In this document: piece by piece, positions 1 through 9,179 of the stretch | How the letters are laid out: each line of letters opens with the position of its first letter | Position numbering within the stretch: position 1 is the stretch's first letter | NCBI GenBank assembly: GCA_014240255.1 | Contig: JAAZXG010000003.1 | Coordinates: 7,087 to 71,086, forward strand | Direction of reading: 5' to 3' | Length of the DNA stretch: 64,000 nucleotides | Origin: Methanobacteriota archaeon | GTDB lineage: Archaea > Thermoplasmatota > Poseidoniia > MGIII > CG-Epi1 | Translations under genes and position numbers: made by a program | The notes under the pieces: generated by a model | Database searches by the model: none | Seen by the model: only the letters and a program-made list of their open reading frames with translations | What the model was told of the DNA's origin: nothing

Positions 1-269
1 CTGGACATAAGTAATGCAAAATATAATCCATTACGATTTCCTCTATATTCTGCCCAACATCCATATTGCTGAGCCATCCATTTGTGAGCTAATTCATGAA
101 GTAAAAAACCAGTCATAACAGCGCCAAAAGCTAGTGGTAATTTATTGAGAAAAACTTCAGGGTTATTCATAACCGGGCTTAATCCATTACTCAATGCAAG
201 AGTGAATGCAATGGTTAATATTCCAATAGATTCCACAAGCTGTTCTTTTTCATATTTTGAAAAAGACAT
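1..269 (-). CDS. Peptidase M50 (site-2 protease) family protein, N-terminal part; runs off the window start
   Basis: Reverse-strand translation from ATG (complement of 267-269) gives MSFSKYEKEQLVESIGILTIAFTLALSNGLSPVMNNPEVFLNKLPLAFGAVMTGFLLHELAHKWMAQQYG..., with a hydrophobic TM segment followed by a HExxH (HELAH) zinc-protease motif typical of M50/S2P. An in-frame stop lies upstream of this ATG. Confidence 0.55.
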   Translation of the reverse strand, partial: MSFSKYEKEQLVESIGILTIAFTLALSNGLSPVMNNPEVFLNKLPLAFGAVMTGFLLHELAHKWMAQQYGCWAEYRGNRNGLYFALLMS

Positions 270-410
270 TTGTGTGTCAGGCCTTCGATTTACTTGAATT
301 GGTTCCCCCCAACCTTGTGAGCTCACATATCGGACTTGGAAATTTTGATTTCTATCTGTTGAGCCTTTCCACATGAATTGATTCTATACACGGTGCGTTA
401 AGATAGTTTT

Positions 411-674
411 GTGGCTAACAGTTTAAAGAGAGGTATAATTCATAAATTAATGGATAATGCTGATAGCCTAAAGAAGAAAATAGATGAATTAGAGATTCAG
501 ATAGTTAAAGAGAGAGAAGTCCATGAATTGAATTTGAGCAAGATCAAGACTGAAAATTATGAAGCTTTAGAAGCTTCTCAAACACGTTATCAAGGAGAAT
601 TAGAGATTCAACGGAGAAATTTCCAAAGACAAATAGAAAAATTAAAGGCTAAATTAGAATCATTCGAAGTCTAA
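411..674 (+). CDS. Hypothetical coiled-coil protein (87 aa)
   Basis: ORF with a K/E-rich heptad-like sequence (LKKKIDELEIQIVKEREVHELNLSKIK...) and no recognisable motif. Confidence 0.3.
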   Translation: MANSLKRGIIHKLMDNADSLKKKIDELEIQIVKEREVHELNLSKIKTENYEALEASQTRYQGELEIQRRNFQRQIEKLKAKLESFEV

Positions 675-724
675 TGTTTTTTTGCAATAATATTAAATCC
701 TAGCCCTTTAAGCTGGATACTAGA

Positions 725-799
725 GCTCCCGTGGTGTAGTCCGGCCCATCATCTCGGCCTTTCGAGCCGAATACCCGGGTTCAAATCCCGGCGGGAGCA
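725..799 (+). tRNA. tRNA-Glu (anticodon TTC); encoded CCA at 800-802
   Basis: GCTCCCGTGGTGTAGTCCGG...CGGGAGC has a 7-bp acceptor stem. The anticodon stem-loop tcggc-cTTTCGa-gccga gives anticodon TTC. T-arm CCGGGTTCAAATCCCGG; CCA follows the discriminator. Confidence 0.85.
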
Positions 800-985
800 C
801 CAAAGTTTTATCATATCATAGATTTCTTTCCTAATGATGCTTGAAGATTTATTGAAAGACGGCGTACGCTCAATTTTTATATCATGGGTAGTAAAAATTA
901 TAATTGTCAGTGTATTAATAGTAGGATATCTATCCATTTAAGCACCATAGTTTTATCAAATCCATTAATGCTTTAGAACTAATTA

Positions 986-1918
986 ATGGACTCTAAAGAA
1001 TTAAAAAAATCAATGGCTATTGCTATGTTTGGGGGTGTAGTAGTATCATTTGCCCCAATTCTTTATGCGATTTCCAATGCGAATCCATTGACTGGTGCAT
1101 TTTTTAGAATGGTTTATGCACTTCCATTTCTTGGTTTAATTATATGGTTTAGAGGTGTAAGCGATTCACGTTCTACTAATACAAGATTTATTGCAATCAT
1201 TGCAGGGCTTGCCTTTTCCCTTGATTTTCTTGCTTATCACAGTGCAGTTGATTGGATAGGTACCGGCATTGGTACTCTAATTGGTAATTCTCAAGTAATA
1301 ATAGTGACACTAGTGAGTTGGTGGTTGTTTGGTGAAAGACCCAATCTGTCAATTCTAATTTCACTTCCTATTGTAATGTTTGGGCTTTGCCTTATTTCTG
1401 GTGTTTGGGATGATAAAGCATATGGTTTACATCCTGTTCGAGGTGTCATTGCAGGCGTTTTTACAGCAATTTTTTACTCAGCTTTTTTAATAATTTATAG
1501 ATTTGCAAATAGGGAACTTGCTCCTGCAACAAATTTACAATTTGATTCCACAGTGGGATGCGCACTTGGACTTTTGATTCTTAGTTTTTTGCCGCTTCAA
1601 TCGATACATGTTAATCCAATTAATTTTGAGCCGACACTCCCAGTTCATGGTTGGTTACTATTGCTTGCTATTCTAAGCCAAGTAGTTGGTTGGTTGGCAA
1701 TAGCTCATTCATTACCTAGACTACCTGCAGCCTACACTTCTTTTGCTATTCTTCTTCAACCGACACTCACTATAGTATGGGGAATTGTTCTTTTATCTGA
1801 ATCACCATCTATTCAGCAAGTAATAGGAATGATTTTGATCCTTGGTTCTATTATTGGAGTAACAGTTTACGGTTCAGTTGAATCATCTCCAGAGTCAGAT
1901 GATACCAAAGTTTTATGA
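986..1918 (+). CDS. DMT-superfamily (EamA-like) transporter, about 10 TM
   Basis: 310 aa, highly hydrophobic, with an internal duplication of two 5-TM halves typical of EamA/DMT permeases. Confidence 0.55.
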   Translation: MDSKELKKSMAIAMFGGVVVSFAPILYAISNANPLTGAFFRMVYALPFLGLIIWFRGVSDSRSTNTRFIAIIAGLAFSLDFLAYHSAVDWIGTGIGTLIGNSQVIIVTLVSWWLFGERPNLSILISLPIVMFGLCLISGVWDDKAYGLHPVRGVIAGVFTAIFYSAFLIIYRFANRELAPATNLQFDSTVGCALGLLILSFLPLQSIHVNPINFEPTLPVHGWLLLLAILSQVVGWLAIAHSLPRLPAAYTSFAILLQPTLTIVWGIVLLSESPSIQQVIGMILILGSIIGVTVYGSVESSPESDDTKVL

Positions 1919-1940
1919 AAACCTGATTTTAGTTGAGATT

Positions 1941-2129
1941 ATGTCCGAAGAAATGTGTATGGTTTGTAATGCTAAAGTTTTTGAGATTGAAATCCAAGAG
2001 GATAGTGAAGAAATCCCTGAGTTAAAGAAAGGAAATAAATATTGTTTAGATTGTTATGGCCCTATCCAAGAACAATTTAAGTTAACGTTAGAAGACGTGG
2101 CTGATATTTCTTCAGTCAGTAAAGATTAA
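1941..2129 (+). CDS. Small zinc-ribbon-like hypothetical protein
   Basis: MSEEMCMVCNAKVF...KYCLDCYGPIQ carries CxxC ... CxxC. The start was placed at the internal Met to avoid overlap with the upstream transporter; it could also begin at 1878. Confidence 0.3.
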   Translation: MSEEMCMVCNAKVFEIEIQEDSEEIPELKKGNKYCLDCYGPIQEQFKLTLEDVADISSVSKD

Positions 2130-2310
2130 GTTTAATTATTTCATCTTCTAAATAACCAAGAAAAGAATCCACCAATATCTGGTTTTTCACATGAACATCG
2201 TTGATTTTTTGTTATGCCTTTAAGCACAATTTCAATATGTTGTCCACATCCTTTCCAAGTTGCTTTTTGGCATCTTCTACAAGTAACTTTTCTACACACA
2301 TTTATTTTGG

Positions 2311-2394
2311 CGCCGAGGGCGAGATTTGAACTCGCGAGGGATTGCTCCCACGGGCTTTCCAGGCCCGCGCTATACCAGGCTAAGCGACCTCGGC
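2311..2394 (-). tRNA. tRNA-Ser (anticodon GGA); encoded CCA complement at 2308-2310
   Basis: The reverse complement GCCGAGGTCGCTTAGCCTGGTATAGCGCGGGCCTGGAAAGCCCGTGGGAGCAATCCCTCGCGAGTTCAAATCTCGCCCTCGGCGCCA has a 7-bp acceptor, anticodon loop cTGGAaa (GGA), and a long variable arm characteristic of Ser. Confidence 0.8.
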
Positions 2395-2492
2395 TGACTT
2401 CCTTCACACAGTGGGGGGGTTTTAGAATTAATCGAGGGGATACGTTTATTATGAGACCTTCCAGCTGAATGGATATCTTTGAGGTGTGATTT

Positions 2493-2792
2493 TTGGACGA
2501 ACAAGAAAGAATAATTCAGGAGAAAAAGAAAAACTTGAAGCTGAGAACAGCCTCCGTAATCGCAATGCTCAAAGCGACATATTATCCCGGACATTCAACA
2601 ACTGCTAAGCGAGTTATTGAAAGACATTTAATCAGAGAATTTGGTTTAAAACCTCGGCAGGCAACATATCACGGCAGTCATATTATCGAAGCTTTACATA
2701 ACAAAGGCATTATCGAACATGTTCCAGAAGATACTGCCCGTAATGCACTCTTTAAGATTAATTTAAGAGTTTTAATGAATTATAAAGTTTAA
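2493..2792 (+). CDS. Hypothetical protein (99 aa)
   Basis: ORF only; basic, no motif recognised. Confidence 0.3.
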   Translation: MDEQERIIQEKKKNLKLRTASVIAMLKATYYPGHSTTAKRVIERHLIREFGLKPRQATYHGSHIIEALHNKGIIEHVPEDTARNALFKINLRVLMNYKV

Positions 2793-3973
2793 GTTAATTC
2801 CGTGGCTATTTTTTCTAATACCTTTCTTGAAAGGTTATTCTTTGTTCCCGTAATCCATTTTGTATTTTTCTTATCTACAATTGCAGCTTTGCTACTTTCT
2901 GAACCCATAGCATCAGAATAATTAGCTATTACACAATCTGAATTTTTTAGTAACACATTAGCTTTTTTTAACAATTCACTATCTTTGATATTAGATCCTA
3001 ATTTGAATGAATAGAGAGGTCCTTTGTGTTTTTTGCGAATACTTCCTAATATCTTCGGAGCTTTCTTCATTTTAAGAGTAATTGCTTTAGTTGAATCTAT
3101 TTTTCCCTTGGTATATTCAGGTACAAAGTCAGACAATGCAGCAGGTACAATGATCACATCATATTTCTCTATTTTGTCTACTTTTTTTTTAAGATCCGTT
3201 AATGTTTCAAATCTAGAAGTATTAATCCATTCACCAATACTATATGTGGCATTACCTAACCAAAGATCTACTTCAGCACCCATTGAAAAAGCAGTTTCAG
3301 TTAAAGATTTAGCCATAAACCCACTCGATTTATTTGAAATAACTCGAACATCATCAATAGGTTCACTACTTCCTCCTCCAATAACTAATATTTTTCTTTG
3401 ACTTAATGATTTTGGACCTGCCATTTTACAAACTTCAGCTACTAATCGTTCTTTGGATGGTAATTTAGCCTTATTTTCAACCATAATTGGTTCTACTATT
3501 TTTGCAAATTTAGTAACAGATTTCATATTCTTTTTGACAATATCTGAATTGGCCATATTTTTGTCCATTGCAGGCGCAACAATCATTGGTGTTTTTGCTC
3601 CAATGCAAGTTAATGCTACCAGCATTGGCGGATTATCACCAATTCCATTAACCATCTTTCCAAGGCTTGTAGCACAGCATGGTGCAATAATTAGTAAATC
3701 AGCTTCATGTCCTGCAATAACGTGTTCTACTTGTCCTGTAATTTCTTTAATAATTGGTTTTCCACAAGCAAATTCAAGTGCTTTTTCACCAACTAATTCT
3801 AAAGCTGCTTTATTCGTAACAATTGTAACATTTGCTCCATACCTAAGTAATTCTCTTGCAATACCTATAGTTTCAACACATGAGACTGAACCAGTTACTC
3901 CTAACCAGATATTTTTCCCTTCAAGATAATCTCCTTTACGTTCTACATTGTTAGCTGGATGATTTGGATTCAT
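2789..3973 (-). CDS. coaBC: Bifunctional phosphopantothenoylcysteine decarboxylase / phosphopantothenate-cysteine ligase
   Basis: 394 aa. The N-terminal flavoprotein domain (WLGVTGSVSCVETIGIARELLRYGANVTIV, PAMDKNM) and the C-terminal CoaB domain (KILVIGGGSSEPIDDVRVISNKSSG) match the Dfp/CoaBC family. Confidence 0.85.
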   Translation of the reverse strand: MNPNHPANNVERKGDYLEGKNIWLGVTGSVSCVETIGIARELLRYGANVTIVTNKAALELVGEKALEFACGKPIIKEITGQVEHVIAGHEADLLIIAPCCATSLGKMVNGIGDNPPMLVALTCIGAKTPMIVAPAMDKNMANSDIVKKNMKSVTKFAKIVEPIMVENKAKLPSKERLVAEVCKMAGPKSLSQRKILVIGGGSSEPIDDVRVISNKSSGFMAKSLTETAFSMGAEVDLWLGNATYSIGEWINTSRFETLTDLKKKVDKIEKYDVIIVPAALSDFVPEYTKGKIDSTKAITLKMKKAPKILGSIRKKHKGPLYSFKLGSNIKDSELLKKANVLLKNSDCVIANYSDAMGSESSKAAIVDKKNTKWITGTKNNLSRKVLEKIATELT

Positions 3974-4875
3974 TATTTTTCCGCTAGTTTCTTAATGGTT
4001 TTCTTATATTTATCTAGTATAAGTTCCGTTTGTGTTTCAATTTTCTGCCAACCTCTCTTGAGCGACCCATTACGCAAATGGAATGCACTCGTTGGCGGCC
4101 CTCCATCCTCAGCCCTACATCTTTCTATTAATCCCAATGAAATTAGACGATTTAGATGCCTGTATGCCGTTGGTCTTGTAGTTTCAATCCATGCTGCAAT
4201 CTCTTCAGCAGTCCAAGCTCGGTCGGGTCTTTGAAAAAAGCATTCATCTATAATTTTGTAGGGCATAGATTCAGTATAAGGATTATGATGGCTCGATAAT
4301 AATCCAATGCCTCTTCCTAATGCACCTAGGTCGGCTTCATAGTTATTATCATTCGGTTGAATTTCTCTTAAGTCAATTTCAAAAGATTCTTCTTTATCTA
4401 ATATAATCATTCCCTCAGGTATGTGGTCTTTTGCTTCTTTTAATTTTTTATTTAAATTATTAATAATTTCACGATATGTATTCAAACAGATGCGTGCTCG
4501 ATTTTCCACACCACTCCAAGCTTTTTCTAAATCATAATGCCATAATCTTACCTTTTTAGGATCTTCAGCTTTACCGGGGAAATCTTCTGTTAAAAATCCA
4601 ACTTCTCTTAACCATTGTAAATGTCTGTAAATTCCTTGTAAGGGCACTCCTAGTTCTTTAGCAATTTCTGAAGTTGTCCATGATTTTTCAGGCGTTGGAA
4701 TCAAACATTTTGTAAATAATAAAATTCCAGTTTTTGTTCTTTTAGTTTGCCTTGCCTTAGCTCCATCTGTCCCTAAAAATCCAATAGCTTGTAGAAAGTC
4801 GGCTACTAAATCTTCTTTTGTAGAACCATAGGATTCATTTAGATTCCTTACCTTTAGTTTGAACATCAGTCCCAC
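3973..4875 (-). CDS. Putative transcriptional regulator with two winged-helix domains
   Basis: Two HTH-like segments are present (TSEIAKELGVPLQGIYRHLQWLREVGFL and TAEEIAAWIETTRPTAYRHLNRLISLGLIE). Its start codon overlaps the stop of coaBC. Confidence 0.45.
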   Translation of the reverse strand: MGLMFKLKVRNLNESYGSTKEDLVADFLQAIGFLGTDGAKARQTKRTKTGILLFTKCLIPTPEKSWTTSEIAKELGVPLQGIYRHLQWLREVGFLTEDFPGKAEDPKKVRLWHYDLEKAWSGVENRARICLNTYREIINNLNKKLKEAKDHIPEGMIILDKEESFEIDLREIQPNDNNYEADLGALGRGIGLLSSHHNPYTESMPYKIIDECFFQRPDRAWTAEEIAAWIETTRPTAYRHLNRLISLGLIERCRAEDGGPPTSAFHLRNGSLKRGWQKIETQTELILDKYKKTIKKLAEK

Positions 4876-6773
4876 TCCTTAGCGTCTAATTTTTCCAGAA
4901 TCATAGCCTTAAACTTTCTGACTTTTTGATTTCCGGGGTTTAGAGCTAAGAGCTTATGGACATCCCCCATTGCATCACCTAATTTCTTAGTTTCAAAATG
5001 AGTTTCAGCTCTTTCCCATAATGCATCTTCATCCTCCGAATCTATTTCTAGAATTCTGGAAAGAGACATAATCAATAGTTCCTTTTTATCTTGTGAACGA
5101 TAAACTTTAGTTAATTTCCTCCAACCTCTCTTTAGATCCGGTCTTATGTTGACTGCTTTAGAATATCCTTTTGAGTCTGCTCTTTCATAATCACCTAAGC
5201 CAAAATAAATATCTCCCCTGACCATATATGGCCTATAATCTTCTCCCATCAAAGCAATTGCTTTTTCAACAGACTTTAATGCTTCTTTGACTTTCCCTAG
5301 CTTAGACTGTACACGTCCTAATCCTAAATTTACAAGCCCTTTATTTCCTTCTAATTCAAGAGCAATATGGTATCCTTCCTCAGCACCACCTAGATTTTCA
5401 AGTCTTTCTTTTGTTTGTGATAATTTGAGCCATGCTTCGCCAAAAGTATAGTCTATTTCAGTAGCATTTTGAAAACAAATTTCAGCTTCTTCCCACTGCT
5501 TTAGTTTTCTATGCAATTCACCTTTTTCATACCACAATTTTTCATTCTGTTGATCAATTTCCAAGGCCATTGAGTAATATGTTATGGATTTTCCATATTC
5601 TCGATGACCAGTTAATGCCCTAGCTTTGCTAAGCCATATTCTAGAATCTTGCATTAAAACGCCATCTTGTTGAGCTCTAATCATTAATCGATTTGCAGCT
5701 TCTAATGAGCGGCTGGGATATCCAGTATCAATCAATTCTTGTGCCTCATCTAGCATTTTTTCTCTTGCTTCTCTATCCGTTCGTCTTAGAATAAAAAGAA
5801 GTCCAGAACCAGTCATTGGCAATCCACCGCCCAGGAATCCTCCAGATGCTAAGTTTGGTTCTATTAACCAACCAATTCCAGCTAATCCAGAGATATAACA
5901 ACCGATAACAAATCCGGCTAATTGATATCTTCTATGATGCAAACCAGCCAATCCCATCCCTAAGAAAAGTAACGGTATTAACAAGAGCCAAACAGATTGT
6001 TCTATCCATTCATACACTGACATCAATAAAACAATAGAAAGTATCAGTGATCCGCCAAATGAAATTGATAGAGCATATGGGATTAATGGTTTGTTCAATA
6101 ATCCTAATCCATAAATTAGCATAACAATGCCAATACTTCCAAAATAAACTGAAATGGTAATTACTGAACGTAAAGACACATTTCCATCACAACTTCCTTC
6201 TCCTAATTCGGTCAAACAAGAATTTTGGCTGACTTCATAAAACATGAAGAAAAGAGTAGCCATAACTGCCCCACTAGATAGGATAAAACCAGATAGTCGA
6301 ATGTCATTATTTTTTGCTAATTCAGTATTATATACATTAAAAGAAATCAAGATCCCTGCACCACATGCAATTAGAAGAATTGCAGCCAATGCCGTTCCTA
6401 CATATTTCAAAATTTCAATTTCTGTAAAATTCCATGTGATAAAGTTAATAATACTAATTAGAAAGACCAAAAGAGTTGCAATTACAACATTTCGACTTTT
6501 TCCGTTAAGATATTCAATAGTTTTTTTAATATTTCGTTGTAAGAAAGTTTTTTCATCTTCATCTTCTTCTTCGCCTAATTTTCTTTCATATCCAATTGGT
6601 AATTCAGTTTTACTATCTTCATCTTCAAACTCTAAGTTTTCTATAGGTGTTATTTCATCAGATAGGTCTTCACTTTGACTGTCATCATCTACAATTTCCT
6701 CTGTGGAATCCTCTTCAAAATTAGGTTCTTTAGCCATGTTACCTTGTAAAGATAATATGGTGATATAATGCAA
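4866..6773 (-). CDS. Membrane protein with an acidic N-terminus, a multi-TM core and C-terminal TPR repeats
   Basis: 635 aa. An Asp/Glu-rich N-terminus is followed by about 8 hydrophobic helices, then a C-terminal half with TPR-like 34-aa repeats (W..G...LG.Y..A...Y..A). Confidence 0.5.
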   Translation of the reverse strand: MHYITILSLQGNMAKEPNFEEDSTEEIVDDDSQSEDLSDEITPIENLEFEDEDSKTELPIGYERKLGEEEDEDEKTFLQRNIKKTIEYLNGKSRNVVIATLLVFLISIINFITWNFTEIEILKYVGTALAAILLIACGAGILISFNVYNTELAKNNDIRLSGFILSSGAVMATLFFMFYEVSQNSCLTELGEGSCDGNVSLRSVITISVYFGSIGIVMLIYGLGLLNKPLIPYALSISFGGSLILSIVLLMSVYEWIEQSVWLLLIPLLFLGMGLAGLHHRRYQLAGFVIGCYISGLAGIGWLIEPNLASGGFLGGGLPMTGSGLLFILRRTDREAREKMLDEAQELIDTGYPSRSLEAANRLMIRAQQDGVLMQDSRIWLSKARALTGHREYGKSITYYSMALEIDQQNEKLWYEKGELHRKLKQWEEAEICFQNATEIDYTFGEAWLKLSQTKERLENLGGAEEGYHIALELEGNKGLVNLGLGRVQSKLGKVKEALKSVEKAIALMGEDYRPYMVRGDIYFGLGDYERADSKGYSKAVNIRPDLKRGWRKLTKVYRSQDKKELLIMSLSRILEIDSEDEDALWERAETHFETKKLGDAMGDVHKLLALNPGNQKVRKFKAMILEKLDAKEWD

Positions 6774-6798
6774 GTATTAAAACTGATGTCAGACTTTA

Positions 6799-7515
6799 CT
6801 AATGACAACCACAGCCGGCGCCATGGTCATGACTTGAACTGCTACCACCAGTACTACATCCACAACCGCCACCACTACTACTTCCGCTGCTGCAACCACA
6901 ACTGCCTCCAGTTGATTGTTGAGGAAGAGGTTCAGTGTAGTATGGATTCACACCTTCAGAATGGTTAGTAATATCAACAATTTCGTTTACTTCATCTACT
7001 TTAGCAACAATATAAGATTCAACACCTTGTTTTAGAGTAACACTAGATGCACTGCAGCCTTGACAGCCTCCACCCATTGTTACGTATGCTTTTCCATCTG
7101 ATACATTGTGTAGTGTAATGACTCCACCATGGGAGGCAATACTTGGATTTACGTCATTTTTGATTAATTCATTTACTTGATCAAATAATTCGCTATTTCC
7201 AGTATCCATTACTTCTTCAGTTACCGGAGCTTCTCCACTTTCAAGTTGAGAACGTATGACTCCTCCAATTTCTTTTCCGATAGCTGGCCAACTTTCTACG
7301 TTGTCTCCGGTTAAAGTTACAACTTGTCCAGCAATATTCACTTGTGCAATATAAGGTAAATCTAATAATTGTTTAGCCAATGGAGCTTTTTCCATATCAG
7401 AATCTCGGGTAAAAGAAACAGAAGCTCTTGAAAGCACTTCTCCATCAAGAACGAATCTACATTTTTGAGGGTCTGCGGTTGGTTCACCACGAATTTTAAT
7501 TTGCTGTGCTAACAT
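6799..7515 (-). CDS. Nfu/NifU-like Fe-S cluster assembly protein with a Cys/Gly/Ser-rich C-terminal tail
   Basis: The Nfu C-terminal-domain signature HGGVITLHNVSDGKAYVTMGGGCQGCSAS is present (CxxC). The tail reads ...STGGSCGCSSGSSSGGGCGCSTGGSSSSHDHGAGCGCH. Confidence 0.7.
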   Translation of the reverse strand: MLAQQIKIRGEPTADPQKCRFVLDGEVLSRASVSFTRDSDMEKAPLAKQLLDLPYIAQVNIAGQVVTLTGDNVESWPAIGKEIGGVIRSQLESGEAPVTEEVMDTGNSELFDQVNELIKNDVNPSIASHGGVITLHNVSDGKAYVTMGGGCQGCSASSVTLKQGVESYIVAKVDEVNEIVDITNHSEGVNPYYTEPLPQQSTGGSCGCSSGSSSGGGCGCSTGGSSSSHDHGAGCGCH

Positions 7516-7557
7516 GATTATTGACCCCTACACTGATTAATAAAGATTTGTTATCTC

Positions 7558-8931
7558 TTAAACGTCAAAAGAAGCATTTTCTACAGCTTCTTCACCAAGC
7601 TGTCTAAGAAATGTAAATGTGAATATTCCAGCATTAGCTCCAGGGCTTGGATCATCAAATGAAAATTTAACCCCATATCTTCCAACAGGTACAGATTCTA
7701 AAATTTTAACATTTGGTGGAATATCTTCTTCTTTAATCAACTGCACACCTGTAATTTCATCTACACAGTGAGCACAAGGACATTTGAATCTTACATTGAA
7801 AGCAGAAATTACATGTTCAACATTGTCTTGCCATTTAATGACCAAAGTTTTCCCGTCATTTACTAAATTCATTTCTTGTGGTGAAAATGGAGATAGCTCT
7901 TCATTTGTAACAATCATCATCGCTTCAACTGCGATTAAAGATGCAATTGATTTGATATTATCATCTTCAACAAATTTACCTTCATCCATAGCCTCTCGGA
8001 GTTCTTGTTTTAGTGATATCTTACCTAATAATGGCAAATCAAATTCTTCAGCGGCAGATTTTCCACCACCTTCTCCAAAGATATGGAAAACTTCATCAGA
8101 ACCGGGTGGTGTAAAACCAGCCATATTCTCAACAATCCCCAATATCGGGATTTTAACTTGCTGGAACATTCTTAGTCCTTTTTCAGCGATAGTATGTGCA
8201 ATCTCTTGAGGTGTTGTCACAATTACGGCACCGGTTAACGGAACTGATTGTGAAAGTGTAAGCTGAATATCTCCAGTTCCTGGAGGCATATCAACAAACA
8301 AATAATCTAAGTCTCCCCAGTCCACAGCTCCTAAGAATTGTTGAACTAGTTGTGATGCAATAGGTCCTCTCCATACGACTGGCGTATCTTTAGTTGCTAA
8401 GAATCCCATTGACATAATTTTCATGCCATGAGCTTCAACAGGTTCTAGAACGCCTTGTTGTGAACCACCTAATTGATGATCTCCAAGACCTACCATGTTA
8501 GGAATACTTGGACCATAAACATCAATATCTAAAATACCAACTTTTGCACCAGCCTTAGCAAATGCTTCAGCGATACAGACTGTAACTGTAGATTTCCCTA
8601 CGCCTCCTTTTCCGGATGCAATTGCAATAATATTTTTCACAGTCTTAAGGGCTTGAGGTGTATTGGGTGCATTGAGTGAAGGTAATCGTTGAACTTCCCA
8701 GTCTTTTTTTATTTCTATTTCACCGATATCTTTTACATTTTTTAGAGCTTCTCTACATTTCTGGGCAATTATTTCGTGCCCCGGCATCAATGGTGCTGGC
8801 AATCTTAGAGAGAAACGTAAGGTGTCTTTTCCGATAGTCATACCCTTGACATATCCTAGTGAAATAATATCTTTTTTGAAGTAAGAATCCGTTACGGTGG
8901 CTAATGCGTCAGTAATTTCTTTTGCATCCAT
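7558..8931 (-). CDS. Mrp/NBP35 (ApbC) family Fe-S cluster carrier ATPase with N-terminal DUF59 and C-terminal DUF971-like domains
   Basis: A deviant Walker A (IASGKGGVGKSTVTVCIA), a Mrp/ApbC-like core, an N-terminal MIP18/DUF59-like domain and a C-terminal Cys-containing domain (KCPCAHCVDEITG). Confidence 0.85.
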   Translation of the reverse strand: MDAKEITDALATVTDSYFKKDIISLGYVKGMTIGKDTLRFSLRLPAPLMPGHEIIAQKCREALKNVKDIGEIEIKKDWEVQRLPSLNAPNTPQALKTVKNIIAIASGKGGVGKSTVTVCIAEAFAKAGAKVGILDIDVYGPSIPNMVGLGDHQLGGSQQGVLEPVEAHGMKIMSMGFLATKDTPVVWRGPIASQLVQQFLGAVDWGDLDYLFVDMPPGTGDIQLTLSQSVPLTGAVIVTTPQEIAHTIAEKGLRMFQQVKIPILGIVENMAGFTPPGSDEVFHIFGEGGGKSAAEEFDLPLLGKISLKQELREAMDEGKFVEDDNIKSIASLIAVEAMMIVTNEELSPFSPQEMNLVNDGKTLVIKWQDNVEHVISAFNVRFKCPCAHCVDEITGVQLIKEEDIPPNVKILESVPVGRYGVKFSFDDPSPGANAGIFTFTFLRQLGEEAVENASFDV

Positions 8932-8971
8932 GCTTTAATGTTTACAGAGTGTGGGTATATGGAATTTATCT

Positions 8972-8981
8972 TGAAAAAAGT
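8972..8981 (-). terminator. Oligo-T tract after the 5S rRNA 3' end (archaeal-type terminator)
   Basis: The plus-strand cttgaaaaaag reads TTTTTT on the minus strand immediately 3' of the 5S gene. Confidence 0.3.
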
Positions 8982-9098
<117 letters not shown>

Positions 9099-9118
9099 AC
9101 AGCTCACGATTTAGAGGC

Positions 9119-9131
9119 TGTATATATTATT
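9119..9131 (-). promoter_or_regulatory. TATA box (aatatata on the minus strand) about 27 nt upstream of the 5S start
   Basis: The plus strand tatatattat sits at 9121-9130. Its spacing to the first 5S nucleotide matches archaeal TATA-to-TSS geometry. Confidence 0.4.
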
Positions 9132-9179
9132 TGACTTTAGGCCTGGTTCACGTCGTATGCATTTCCAAAAAGCAACTTA

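Noticed and set aside
749-937. 62-aa minus-strand ORF
   Set aside because: It lies entirely over tRNA-Glu (725-802) and its AT-rich downstream region; no coding signal.
2214-2594. ORFs 2214-2468 (+) and 2370-2594 (-)
   Set aside because: Both overlap tRNA-Ser(GGA) and are explained by the structured RNA gene.
3024-3929. Plus-strand ORFs 3024-3401 and 3453-3929
   Set aside because: Antisense shadows inside coaBC with a low-complexity hydrophobic translation.
6244-6968. ORFs 6244-6678 (+) and 6768-6968 (+)
   Set aside because: Antisense to the TPR membrane protein and the Nfu gene. The Ser-rich or His/Cys-rich translations mirror the repeats on the real strand.
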